Positions 23,629-36,274 of a DNA stretch of 64,000 nucleotides are shown piece after piece; position 1 is the stretch's first letter, and every line of letters starts with the position of its first letter. The translations under genes were made by a program, and so were the position numbers. Source of the DNA: Mobula birostris (Eukaryota). The stretch covers positions 103,965,177 through 104,029,176 of the forward strand of contig NC_092377.1 in NCBI RefSeq assembly GCF_030028105.1. The letters run 5' to 3'. The notes beneath the pieces were generated by a model that was not told the origin of the DNA, ran no database searches, and was given only the letters and a program-made list of their open reading frames with translations.

Positions 23629-25370
23629 AGAGACACTGGAGCTTGTCAGTCACTGATCTTAAGGAGTGTTTTAGACTTTAGTTCAGAGACTGAGACTGGA
23701 GAGGTCAGTGTGATAAAAGGCATTGGGAAAGGGACCGAAGCAGTACCTTTGCACCAGATGCACCTAAAAAAGCGACTTGGTCTCTGGACTGGTCACGATA
23801 GGGGTGAGGCCCGAACTACCAATGAAAGACGTGGAGGTCTTACTCGGTAATGACCTCGCCGGCGGAGAGGTGTACCCAGCAGTAAGACTAACAAGCAAAC
23901 CTGCCAGGATTGAAGCCCCGCCCACAGACACAGGTTTATCCCATTTGTGCAGTGACTCGGCGCATGTCCAGAAAGGCTGCCGAAATGAATGTAGATTTAG
24001 CTGAGACGTTTTTACCAGCCTTGTATCAAGAGGGGTTAGAAAGTGAGAAGAAGGAGCATAGTGGAGCGGAAGGAAGTGAGGGAGTTGAGGTCGACTTATC
24101 ATTAGCAAAGAAGGAATTTATACAGGCACAGGAACGAGACGAGGAGCTAATGGTTTTGACGGAGACAGCTCTCTCCGAAGCAGAATTAAAAAGGGAGCCA
24201 GTGGGCTATTATGTGAAGGAGGGAGTACTAATAAGGAAATGGAGACCAAGTACTGTGCCCGCAGATGAGGTATGGGGGGTGGTGCACCAGGTGGTAGTGC
24301 GGAAAATTTATAGGTGTGTGATTTTTAACCTGGCCCACAAGATACCCCTGGGTGGACATTTTGGAGTGAGGAAAACAGTCGATAGAATCATGAAAGAGTT
24401 TTACTGGCCGCACATGAGGAAGGATGCTATTGACTATTGTAGATGTGAGCTAACACAGTTAGAGTCTATTGATATGTTAACAGCTTGCCATGATAAGCGA
24501 GCAGACCTAGTCGGTGTTATCACGAAAACTAATGAGGCTAGGGTGCCACCTGATAAGGGGAAAACCCATTTTGAAAAGATAAGTATGGTGCTGACCAGAT
24601 GGGAGAACTCTATTGTTTTGGCCAACTTTGCTGATAAAGTCTCTCCCTTCACCCCCGAACAGAGCGAGCTGCTGAGAAAGCTAATTAACTGGCATGCAGA
24701 CGTATGTCAGGATGTCCCAAGGCAATGCAAAGAGCCGGGTCATGGCGGTGTTGTCACATCCCGTCAGCCTAGTAAGCAACATCCCTATAGGATGATTAAT
24801 TCAGTGACAAAAGGGCTAAAGAACGCAGAAGCGTATATTGACGATTTAGTGGTCTGGAGTGATGTGGGAGGAGCACATTATGGCAGTAGAGGAGCTGTTT
24901 AAGCGGCTGTCAGAAGCCAACCTGACAGTGAACCTCGCAAAAAGTGAATTCGGCCACGCGAAGGTCACTTATATGGGATTTATAGTAGGACAGGGGCAGC
25001 TGGCACTGATGCAGGCTAAAGAGCGGGCTATCTCTGAAGTCCCCACCCCGACAGACAAGAGAGCCCTGAAAAAGTTCTTAGTGATGGTGGGGTACTATCG
25101 GAAGTTTTGCAAAAACTTTGCGGATATTACCCTCCCTCTTACTAAGCTCTTGCCAAAGAATGCGAAGTTTGTGTGGGACGACCTTTGTTATATTTGTCCG
25201 GCATGGAAACCACTGATAATTTACACTGACCACAACCCATTTTGGCCACTATGAAGGATAAAAACAAAAGGTTGCTAAGTTGGAGCCTGGTCTTACAGGA
25301 ATTTGATATTAAAATAAAACATATGAAAGGAATGGACAATGTGATTGCTGACTGTCTGTCAAGGTGCTGA
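23629..25370 (+). pseudogene. pol remnants: protease, integrase zinc-binding region, RT, RNase H
   Basis: RDTGACQS; H..GGHFGVRKT...FYWP..C; AYIDD; YYRKF; YTDHNP; NVIADCLSR; large internal deletions. Confidence 0.8.
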
Positions 25371-25488
25371 AAACTTAAAGTTCTCTGTATTAGCCGAATA
25401 GCTGATGACCCTGTATATTAGTGTGTATCTAATAACGTATTCATGCCCATAATTTTTACCCCAGTAAAAATCCTTTGAAGGGTAGGGG

Positions 25489-26313
25489 TGTGATGCCAAA
25501 CCAAGTTATCAGATGATTGATGCTAATGAGAGAGATAAGGGAGACAATGGAGAAACGTTCAAAATGTTAATGAGAGAGGAGAGAGAGATAACGGAAAAGA
25601 AACAGAATTCAGAATATTGACAAACCGGTTGCTTTGAATCTGAACTGTTTGAAGTTTGATGGACAGATGATACCCCAGCAGGGGGATAAAAAGAACAGGT
25701 TTGTTAAGGCACGGACACCACGAGATAACGAGACCCTGGAAGAGCGGTGTACCCCCACAAGTTGGTGGGAGTTTGGAGGTCTGGTTCGTGGGAACCGACC
25801 ATAGACTCAGAGGGTGTAAAGGTACGATTGGTGGGAACCTTGCCTGGGTGCCGGGTTCACCGTGGAAGAACGATCATATCCGGAATGGAGGGGTCACAGT
25901 CAGTGACCACAGTGGGATAGAAGACATAAAAGGGTCCGCCCGAAACCAACTGCGAAGAACCTCAAAGGTCTGCCTGAATCAAATTTGTATCCCCCCTCCT
26001 CTCTCTCTCTCTCTCTCTCTCCAACGGCACAACAGCGATTACTGCGAGCTGTACTAAGCTGAACTGAACTCTGCGTCACTTAAGACTGATCATTTTACCC
26101 CTAGACTGCGATAGAGCTTGGATTGATTCCTATTACCCTAGTCCTGTGTACATGTGTGTATTATCATTGCTAACCCATTGCATTTATATCCTTATGATTA
26201 GAGTACTGTGTTACTTATTTCTTTAATAAAACTTCATTAGTTCCTAGTAATCCAGACTCCAAGGAGTGGTCCATTTCTGCTGGTTTGGCAACCCAGTTAC
26301 AGGGTATGTAACA
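25489..26313 (+). repeat. 3' LTR
   Basis: TG..CA, directly after the PPT. Confidence 0.92.
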
Positions 26314-28091
26314 AAGGATTTGATTTTTTTTTTAACAAAGAGAGACCCCATCCTCTCTGCCTATCTGCCTAGCCCTTTGATACAATGTGTATCCTTGGAT
26401 ATTAAGCTTACAAATATGATCTTCCTTCAGCCATGACTCAGTGATACCCACAACATTATACATGCCAGTCTTCAATTACATTCAGAGATCATCTACCTTA
26501 TTGAGTATGTTGCATTCATTGAAATGTAACATATTCAGTCCTGTATTCATTACTATTTTTAATTTAGACAGTTTGGGTGTTATATGAAACAACGTACTAG
26601 TTGCTTGAAAAATTTCACTTCTAATTTACATCTCTCAGTACCGTCATAATTTCCCTGCTTTACATTTTCTCAATGAATTCATTGAATTAATCACAATTTG
26701 TCACCACAGGAAATTCACTTGTCTGACATAATCAGTTTGAAAGTAAAATATATATCCATGTTTTAATCTGCCGAAATCTGTCCTCATGGACATTGGTAAA
26801 TGGTATAAGAAACCTGGAATGATTTGCCTCAACATTTCATTCCGAGAAATTATCTGTAGGACACAAGGATAAACACTGAGCAGAGTAAATGCTAGAAAGT
26901 TATTTCAGTGTGGATAAAACATTATACGTGATCAGTGGCATCATCCAACTTCCTGGAAAGTGAGCAGAACAGTTAATGTTTTGTAACTCCATGAGTTAAC
27001 CAGTGTGAACCTGTTTATGATCATGTTATTGATATCCCTGTGCAAAATTATCTCAGCACTGTCAATCCTCTCAATTCAATATTCAGGTTTATCTGATTTT
27101 CTCACAGCTGAGATCTTTTTCCCTCTACCTTACGGGATCTACTCGAAAGTAGATATTGCCTTCAGTGGCAGCCTGCCCAGAGTATCATCATTTCTTGGGA
27201 CAAAAGACTCTCCGAGAAGGAGTGATTGGCAGAGTTTCACATTGTGAAGTTTACTGTTTCTGAATTATTCATAGAGTGAATACCTGGTCCTGTGGACACG
27301 TCTCACTGTGGAGTCTGTCAGAGCCTATTTCTTCACCCCAAAGTAATCATGGTTGGCCACAGGTGGACTTGTGTCCATGTTCTTGCAGCTTCCCAACCAC
27401 ACCGCCGTGCTTAATCTTTAGCTGTCTGTGTCAGACTCGGTGAACATGTTTGGAAATACCTAGTGACTGTTCTCTTCTTTTTTCAGTTTTTTTTCTATTT
27501 TTTAGTGAAATTACTGGTCATAGTGATTCTGTTCCAAGGAAAGAATGGCCTCTCCACCTGCAGCACTTGCTACCCGGCAGCCATGGCAGCAGCAGATCTA
27601 TTACCATTGCCACCGAAATAATTTCTTTCTCAGATCAATAATCATTATTTTCCAATGAATTTCCTGTACATCACGTCTGTGTTCAAGATTATGGGGATTC
27701 TGAGTTTTAAGGGCATAGACTGTTTTGTCTGGTTTACCGTCACTTTCACCTTTGATGGGTTCATCACAATTTGTTGCCAGAAGTTGAAAATAAAATATTG
27801 CATCAAAAACTGCGGCTGCGGTTCTAAGAATAACGCTCATCCTGATCTTCTGATAAACATTCCCCTAAGCTTCTCAGTTCAACCTTCAGAGATGATATAA
27901 GGCATACCACGGTTCTGTGTAATGATGAACAGTGAGGCATGCAGGCGATACAGGAATAAGTCTCTCAATACAGTCTATTTTGTTTTACTTCTTCCACACA
28001 GTCTGCCGCAAAGCATTTCTCTCACTAGCAGTTGAACAAGGGAAGTTAATACAAATAAAATCTTATTATTACTGATGCTGAAAGGTGCGAG

Positions 28092-28148
28092 GGCTCTGTG
28101 GCTTAACTGGTTAAAGCGACATCTAGTGTTCAACTCCCAGTCGAGCCT
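28092..28148 (+). tRNA. tRNA-Thr(AGT) pseudogene with internal deletion
   Basis: ggctctgtggcttaactggttaaagcg..tctagt|gttcaactcccagtcgagcct matches both ends of vertebrate tRNA-Thr(AGT); ~17 nt (3' anticodon arm, variable loop, 5' T stem) missing. Confidence 0.75.
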
Positions 28149-28301
28149 TCATTTAAGGGGTGAATTGCGATGCAATGAAGGCGGTTTCAGCAAATATCAT
28201 CATTCCCCACACCTATAATCACAAAGCAGAATGTCACAAGTAAGAGGAATGGAATAATAATAATGAGGGGGAAAAGCAGAAATCTTTTATGTTGTTATAT
28301 T

Positions 28302-31300
28302 TGTAGGGTAATGTAATTGGTGCAAAGGTACATATTTTCCAACCACCATCATTGAGTTGGGATTTAAAAAGAGGCTGGTCTGATGTGTTGATATATTTAT
28401 GTGGTTCAGTTACCATGCTTGTTGTTCAGTCTATGGAGTACAACAGAGGATTTGTTGCAGCTTAAACACAAAATGGCTCACGCTATATTTACAAAAACTT
28501 ACATTGGTGACCCAATGCTCTAGGACAATTCCGGAGTTATTGAACATGTCGGCCAATGCAGTCACTTTGAAACTTCCAGAGATTTGGGATTTGCTTAGTT
28601 TGTACAAGCCAAGGCCTAATTTGCGCTGCGAGAGATCTCTGCTGCTGACACCAATTATTACTACGTGGTAGTGTCGCTGAGCAACTCCGTGGGTGTGAAA
28701 ATGTTGAGTCTATGAGAACACCTGCCTGAACACAATAAATACCAATTACTGGAAAGTCACCTTTTATGGACTTTTGGACTATCGAAATCTGAGTGTGCCA
28801 AACAGTTGCTGTCCTTGCCTGGCCTAGGGCATGCTAGGCTGTCAGAGCTAATGGATCACATGCTGTCTCTCCTGGAAAATCTCCATCCTTGTTTTATTTT
28901 TAAACTATTCTTCATGCAGCAAATGCCTAATCAAGTTTACACTTGTTAATGAACCTATGAAGGAATATAGGTAACTTGCTAGAATAGCTGAGAGCCTACA
29001 CTCAGTCAGGCAGAGGTGCATCATTCCTCCCCCTTTCCCTGCCTTAATAAGCCCAGTTAGCAAGGCCTCCAACATAAGTATGCCAGCAGCTGTGAAACAG
29101 GCAACGCTGACCATGACAATGTGTGTTTATCCTGCTCACTTTGGAACAAATGTTAGGCAGTTCCAACGACCTTGCAGCTTTGACAGTGCCAGCACGTCAG
29201 GACATCAGAGATCTATGATCACTGTGGGTTCCAGCTGCCGGGGTGTCTACTGTTCATTATGGACACCCTTTCAGGGCAATGCTTCTGGTGTTACATGGGT
29301 GCTCAAATGAGTGTACTTCCAGCATTTTGATGAGAAGGCAAAGAGCGATGAAACCTTGCAGGAGGCCACCAATGGCAGCAGGATCCAGAGTTATGGGACA
29401 AACCGAGTGACGCTTACTTCAGTGGGCGATGTTACAAATGGGACTTCATTCTGGCTAAAGTGGCTAGACCTCTGCTTGGTGCCGATTTCTGGTGTGCCCA
29501 AGGACTGTCAGTTGATCTTAAGAACTGTAGGCTTGTGGATGTCAAGGACTTTTGGTTGTTACCCTTTGGGGGAACTTACCCAGTAAGTTCCCCACAACAG
29601 CTCTGTCAAGCCCATGCACCACCGCATGTGAGTTCATTCAACTGCTGGGCAAATTCCCAAACCCCGCCAAGCCCACATTCACCACTACAATCACAGAACA
29701 TGGGCTCAAACACCACATTTCCACAACTGGCCCACCTGTCCATACCAATGCACGGTCTGGACCATGCATAGACTAGCATCCGAAAAGGCGGAGTTTGCCA
29801 ACATGGAAAGACTTGGCATTATATGCTGGTCAAATCACCCCTGGGCTCCACCCTTCCATATGGTTCCTAAGTCCGGTGGCAGTTTTCTGCCCATGTGGCA
29901 ATTACCAGCAAATTAATGAGGTCACCAACCCTGGTTGTTACTGGGTCCCACATTTCCAAGATGTTTCAGGATGCTTAGCCGCGAAGTTATTTTTTTCCAA
30001 AAAGTTGACCTAGTTAGGTGCTACTATCAGGACATTCCCAAAATGGCTGTGATAAACCCATTTGGCCTCTTTGAGTTTCTGCACATGCCATTTGGGCTGA
30101 AAAATGCTGCACAGACTTCCCAATAGCTGATGGGCTCTGTATTAAAAAACTTTTGTTTACCTGAATGATATACTTGTCGCCAGTGCATCTAACTCCATAC
30201 TGGTGACTATGCCAATGTGGCGGCCAACCAAGTTACTGACCCAGAAGTCCAGGCTTCCCAAACATCAGTCATGGGCCTGTAGTTGGCTCACATTAAGCTC
30301 TGAGAATTTGGAGTTTCTCTCCTGTGCGGTGTTTCAACTAGTTTCCCTCACCCCCTAGTGTTCACAAACTGGAGGCAGAGAGTTTTGGACTCCAAATGTG
30401 ACCTGTCATATCCGGGCCAGAAGGCTTCAGAGAAACTGGTTGCACTAAAGTTTGTGTGGCATGTCCTTTGAAAGCACATGGGTGATTGGACTGCAGCTTG
30501 TATGGAGTGCCAGCTGGCAAAAATTAATCATCATATTCAGGCACCATTGGCATCTTTTGAGGTCCCTGTGAGATGGTTTGTTCTTGTCAGTGTGGACCTT
30601 GTTGGTCCTCTTCCTCCCTCCCATGGCTTCATGCACCTCCTTGCCACGGTGGATCGTACCACCAGGTGGCCAGAGGTTGTCCCTCTAGCATCCATGATGG
30701 CCACAGATGCAGCTTGGTTGTTCAACAACATCTTGATTGCTTGGTTTGGCACCCCATCTGATATTTCCTCTGACTGTGGTCCCCAACTCACATCAGACCT
30801 CTGGGCTGCGATGGGCCAGAAACTTGGCGTTAGGCTAAATCACACTGCGGGTTATTTCTCCTACAGTCCAATGCCAATGTGAGTGGTTTCACTGCTCCTT
30901 AAAGGCAACTCTGAGGGCTTCCCTTAAAGATGAACGTTGGGGTTCAGAACAGCTCCAAAAGAGGACTTACAGTTGTCCACGACTGAGTTGGTATATGGGC
31001 AGCCATGACGAATGCCAGGTGATTTTATTCCTGATGCCACAGCCGCCTGGTCGACCTCAACAGCATTCCACCCTCCTCAGTAAATTCAATTCCTTTGTAC
31101 ATATTCCTACTTCCCATCATTTTGTACAACACTGTTGGTTTCCTGTTAACCTACATTCCATCTTATTTGTTTTTGGCTGACATGACACACACCAGCATCC
31201 CCTTAGGCCCCTTATAGTGGTCGTTCTGCGTTTTGGAAAGGAGAGAAAAGACTTTTATCATAGATGGAGTGAACCTGAATATATTTTGTTATACCGCCTA

Positions 31301-31709
31301 AAACTGTCCGACCAAGATTTGGAGGATGCCGCTACCGTACCCCGGCCATGAGCACGTCAACACATCTCTGGATGAGCCAAATACACCTGCTGTTTTTCCA
31401 CCCATAGAACAAAGGACCCAAGCAGGGCAGCTGTTCTGATCTCTGGACAGGCTCACGCTTAAGGTTTTAGTGAATTCTGGGGGGGGGGGGGGGGGGGGGG
31501 GGAGGGTGGTCTGTGTAGGGTAAGGTAATTAGTGGAAATATTGAGTTGGGGGTTCACTTTAAGAGGCTGGTCTGACATGTTGATTAATTACGTGAAGATC
31601 AGTTACCGTGCTTTGTGTTCAGTGTCTGGAGTGCAGTAAATGATTTGTTAATAGTTTTTCTTAAACATAAAATGCCTCATGCCATTTTATTTTCAAAAAC
31701 CTAGTATCA
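28302..31709 (+). mobile_element. Degenerate Gypsy LTR retrotransposon with ~200-bp LTRs
   Basis: LTRs ~28302-28503 and ~31514-31709 (both start tgtagggtaa); PBS TGGTGACCC at 28505 (tRNA-Trp type); gag MSANAVTLKLPEIW; PLLGADF, MPFGLKNAAQT, integrase VDLVGPLP...VDRTTRWPE...SDCG; G-rich PPT. Confidence 0.85.
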
Positions 31710-31789
31710 CGTCAAAGCACATAGGTTCAAATGGTTTGTTTCTTGAAAATGCATCAGATAGATCTTTATCTGACAGATTGAAGATACTG

Positions 31790-31965
31790 ATACACAGAAA
31801 ACATAGAAAACATACAGCACAATACAGGCTTTTCGGCCCACAAAGCTGTGCCGAACATGTCCCTACCTTTGAACTACCTAGGCTTACCCATAGCCCTCTA
31901 TTTTTCTAAGCTCCATGTAGCCATCCAGGAGTCTCTTAAAAAACCATATTGTTTCCGCCGCCACA
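31790..31965 (-). mobile_element. CR1 3'-end fragment
   Basis: (catagaaa)-type tail and tacagcacaatacaggc...cggcccac 3'UTR. Confidence 0.65.
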
Positions 31966-32131
31966 TGTTTTGTTAATATACAAACAAAAGCTTTTTCAAT
32001 GTATCTGACAATAATAAACTATTTATCAAACTCTCCCAGTATGATTCAGGCCAGTAGCCTTGACCTAACCCTGTCTTGCAGGCGCCCCTCACCGCTCCCC
32101 CCCCCCCCCCCCACAAACACACAAACATACA

Positions 32132-32380
32132 CTTCAGGCTATGTATCTTGTCAGATTATACATGGACCCTTCAGATTGTGTATCCTGTCGGATTATACAT
32201 GGACTCTTCAGACTCTGTGTCCTGTTAGATTATACATGGACTCTTCAGACTGCGTATCCTGTGGGATTACACACTGACCCTTCAGACTGTGTATTCTATC
32301 AGATTATACATGGAATCTTCAGACTCTGTGTCTTGTCAGATTATACACAGACTCTTCAGACTGTGTATCCTGTCAGATTA
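32132..32380. repeat. 37-bp minisatellite, ~6.7 copies
   Basis: Unit cttcagactgtgtatcctgtcagattatacatggact starting at 32132, 32169, 32206, 32243, 32280, 32317, 32354. Confidence 0.9.
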
Positions 32381-32605
32381 CAGATTTTATGGTTCATTCA
32401 GGGCTTCTAATTGTTGGAAGTCTCTGAATGATTTTGTGGGAACACATTCATCGACAACTATTTTAATAAAGTCTGGAACAACTCTGGTATATTCATTCGG
32501 ATTCACAGATGAGTACTTGAACATGACCCAGTCCACCCATTCAGAACAATTCTGTAGATGCCCTTCTGCTTCCAGCGACCACCTCTTCATTGTCCTGATC
32601 TCTGT

Positions 32606-33240
32606 AGCTTTGGTGAGGAAGGCAAATGCCATGTTAGCATTCATTTCAAGAGGTCCAGAATACAAGAGCAAGGATGTGATGCTGAGGTTTATAAGGAACT
32701 GGCGAGGCCTCACCTTGAGTATTGTGAGCAGTTTGGGCTCCTCATCTTAGAAAAGATGTGCTGGCATTGGAGAGGATTCAGAGGAGGTTCACAAGGATGA
32801 TTCCAGGAATGAAAGGGTTATCATACAAGGAACACGTGATGGTTGTGCGTCTGTACTCGCCAGAATTTAGAAGAATGAGGGGGGATCTCATTAAAACCTT
32901 TCGAAGGTTGAAAGTCCTAGACAGAGTAGATGTGGAAAGGATGCTTCCCATGGTGGGAGAGTCTAGAACAAGAGGGCACAGCCTCAGGATAGAGGGGCAT
33001 CTATTTAAAATGGAGATATGGAGAAATTTCTTTAGCAGAATTTGTGGAATTTGTTACCGGAGGCCAGGTCATTGGGTGCATCTGAGGCAGAACTTGATAG
33101 GTTCTTGATTGGATGCAGCATCAAAGGTTACGGGAAGAAGACCAGGGTGTGGGGCGAAGGAGGGGAGAAACGATCAGTCAAGATTGAATAGTTGAGCAGA
33201 GTTGATGGGCCAAGTTCTGCTCCTTTGTCTTATGGCTTAT
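32606..33240 (+). mobile_element. CR1 3' fragment
   Basis: ORF 32758-33108 is CR1 C-terminus; tcttatgg tail. Confidence 0.85.
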
Positions 33241-34182
33241 ATTTTGAAAACGTGAAATGAAACTTCTGCTGTCACAGGGTGACCATGCAAACTGCACACA
33301 GCACAAGAGTTCAGGATTAAGCGCAGGTGGTTGGAGGTGTGAGACAGCAGCTCCATCTGCTGAGTTGCTGTGCTGCCTTTTCAGTAGATAGTCCACAGGA
33401 AAGCAGAAGAGGCTGGGTGTCAGCAAAAACACCAGGATATTATCAGAGGAGAAACATGAAGTCTGGAAGAAAATCACTAAGATTTTCCTTTCTCCTTTCC
33501 TGTGGACCATCCCCTGCTGACGAGCCTGTTTCTGTACTGTCACCACTCTGTGACTCTGATACTCCACCACGGCCTGTCTAGGCCCTCAGCTCTGAGCTTG
33601 TCTCACTGATCCCACTGTCATTTCAAGTTCACACCCCCAGTAGCTCACCAATTTTCTGCATAGAAGGAACGTTATTGATGCATCTGGATATAACCCACTC
33701 GCTGATGGGGCATGGGGAGATTTTGCTGCCACACAGTGGGGGCGGGGTTCATTATTTGATCTTAGTCCAACAGAAATCCATCCCCTTGGGTTCTGAATGC
33801 TTCAGGTGAGTCCGGCCTGAAGTGCTGTGTCTCAGGTTCCCACTGCACTTTCACAGTCAGAGGTTTCTGCAGCAGAGTAACAGGGTCTTCGGCCCTTCAT
33901 GTCTATACTGACCACTGAGGATCTGTCTCCACCGATATTAGCACTTCATTTATCAATTTCTGTCCTCGGTGATTCAAGATGCTCATCCAGATGGTCTTTA
34001 AATACCTACCTGCACCTTCCCTCGGGCAGAGTGTTCCTGACTGTAACCTCCCTCCGGGTGAATGAAGAAATTCTTCCTCAGATCCCATGACTCCTCTCTG
34101 TAAACCTGTGCTGCCCTGTTGTTAGATACCTTTGCCTAGAGCCATGGAGTTATACAACATGGAAACAGACCCTTTGCCTACA

Positions 34183-34677
34183 AAGAAGGTTCACCAGATT
34201 GATTCCTGGGATGGCAGGCCTTTCATATGATGAAAGACTGGATCGACTAGGCTTATACTCGCTGAAATTTAGAAGATTGAGGGGCGATCTTATTGAAACG
34301 TATAAAATCCTAAAGGGATTGGACAGGCTAGATGCAGGAAGATTGTTCCCGATGTTGAGGAAGTCCAGAACGAGGGGTCACAGTTTGAGGATAAAGGGGA
34401 AGCCTTTTAGGACTGAGATTAGGAAAAACTTCTTCACACAGAGAGTGGTGAATCTGTGGAATTCTCTGCCACAGGAAACAGTTGAGGCCAGTACATTGGC
34501 TATATTTAAGAGGGAGTTAGATATGGCCCTTGTGGCTACGGGGAACAGGAGGTATGGAGGGAAGGCTGGTGCAGGGTTCTGAGTTGGATGATCAGCCATG
34601 ATCATAATAAATGGTGGTGCAGGCTCGAAGGGCCGAATGGCCTACTCCTGCACCTATTTTCTATGTTTCTATGTTTC
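34183..34677 (+). mobile_element. Young 5'-truncated CR1 with (TTCTATGT)n tail
   Basis: Open C-terminal ORF 34199-34582 with intact 3'UTR. Confidence 0.9.
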
Positions 34678-35697
34678 CGGAGGTCTACCTGAACTAGTCC
34701 TAATTAACTGCACTTTGCCCTTATCCCTCTGAATCTTTCCTATGCATAGACCTGTCCAGATGACTTTTAAATTTAAACCCGCCTCTGCCACTTCCTCTGG
34801 CAACTTATTCCACAGAGCCACCACCTTCTTTGTGAAAAAAATTGATCCTCTCTCCTTAAGCCTATGCATTCTAGTTGTCTGCTCCTCCGCCCTGGCAAGG
34901 TGACTGTTACCATTCAGCTCTCTGGTGCTCCCTATGATTTGATATACTGTACCTCCATAAGGTCACCCCTTAGTCTCCTGTGCTCCAAGGGAAAAACCCC
35001 TATCTCAGGGGTGGCAAACGTCTGGCATGCATGCTCCAGGTGGTTTGTATAATAGTTTCTTGGAACGCTGTACCCAGTAGCTCTCCTCGGTTCTTTAAAT
35101 CCCACTATAATTTATATACATGGTGACTTTCAAATGAATCAGCAAATGTTTTTTTTTCACAACCTGAGAGCAGTGAGATGTTTTCACAGCTAGATAGTTG
35201 TGAAAACCTCGCAGACCTGGTTGCACATCAATATTCAGACAGTAGATGGTTACAATAACAAAACTATTTAGAAGGTATTTTAGAAAAAATACTTCCACCA
35301 CTTCCAAAACAATCCTACCACTAAACATATCTTTACCTCATCCCTGCCCCATTCCACAGGGATTTCTCCCTCTGCAGTTCCTTTGTCCATTCATACCACT
35401 CCGCTAAAGTTTGCTGATGACACCACTGTCGGAGGCTAAATCAAAGATGGTGATGAATCAGCATATAGGAAGGAGATTGAAAATCCGGCTGAGTGGCGTC
35501 ATAACAACAACCTCTCACTCAATGTCAGCAAGACCAAAGAATTGACTATAGAATTCAGAAGGAAACCAGATGTCTCTGAGCCAGTCCTCTTTGGAAGATA
35601 TGCGGTGAAGAGGGTTAGTATCTTTAAAATGTTAACTTGTAGGTTGAGTCAATATTAAGGTAGGAAAATGCAATCTCTAGGAACTTTGAATCTCTAA

Positions 35698-35755
35698 CAA
35701 CTTTGATGTGTGTTGCTTGAATTTCCAGCATCTGCAGAATTCCTCATGTTTGTGA
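35698..35755 (+). repeat. Short Penelope terminal fragment
   Basis: Near reverse complement of 47481-47540. Confidence 0.6.
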
Positions 35756-35897
35756 GGCAAATGCAATGCTAGCATTTATTTTGAGAGGATTTGAATATAA
35801 AAACAAGGATGTAATGCTGAGGATATACAAGACATTGGTCAGAGAGACGAAGTATTGTGAGCAGTTTTGGGGCCCTTGTCCAAAATATAAGAACAAT

Positions 35898-36272
35898 GGG
35901 TGGAGATACTCCCCTACCAAAAGCAAAGTGCTCCTTCCCTCTATTAGCCTGCAGGTCACCCTTGAGCAAGGTGTAGTACCTGCTGAATTATCCCCCACCC
36001 TCACCAATCAGGGTCACATAAAACCACATGGAGCACATAGACCACGGTCCTATGGCAGCTGCTGCATATCACAAGTCCTGGTTATGTGACCACTGACACC
36101 AGGCAGACAATCTCTGAAGAGTATTGATAATGGCTGGGGTCACCTGTCTTGTAAAGACACTGCCCAGATGAAGACAATGGCAAACCACTTCTGTAGAAGA
36201 ATTTGCCATGAACAATCATGGTGATGAAAAGACCACAATCACCTGCATCATACGACATGGAACATAATCATG
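35898..36272 (+). mobile_element. RTE-related non-autonomous element inside a CR1 fragment
   Basis: ggcaaaccacttctgtagaagaatttgcc RTE-type motif; CR1 sequence resumes at taagaaaggatgtgctgg. Confidence 0.5.
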
Positions 36273-36274
36273 TA

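Larger units (their letters stand above)
20523..26313 (+). mobile_element. Gmr1-like Gypsy LTR retrotransposon, internally deleted, 4-bp TSD AAGG
   Basis: 5'LTR from 20523 (TG), 3'LTR 25489-26313 (TG..CA); AAGG at 20519-22 and 26314-17; tRNA-Pro PBS; PPT gaagggtagggg 25477-25488; order gag-PR-IN-RT-RH. Confidence 0.92.
18410..26560 (-). mobile_element. Old CR1 LINE hosting two nested insertions (pieces 18410-18896, 19586-20522, 26318-26560)
   Basis: CR1 ORF2 sequence resumes collinearly across the SINE-like and LTR insertions. Confidence 0.75.

Noticed and set aside
27601-27840. Minus ORF with a hydrophobic start, vaguely signal-peptide/Ig-like
   Set aside because: No convincing domain motif or splice structure visible
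32132-32380. CRISPR-like 37-bp repeats
   Set aside because: Units are contiguous with no spacers, there are no cas genes, and the context is eukaryotic
35898-36000. Possible HDV-like or twister ribozyme at the 5' end of the RTE-like element
   Set aside because: Hairpins are present but I could not build the required pseudoknot or conserved core by eye
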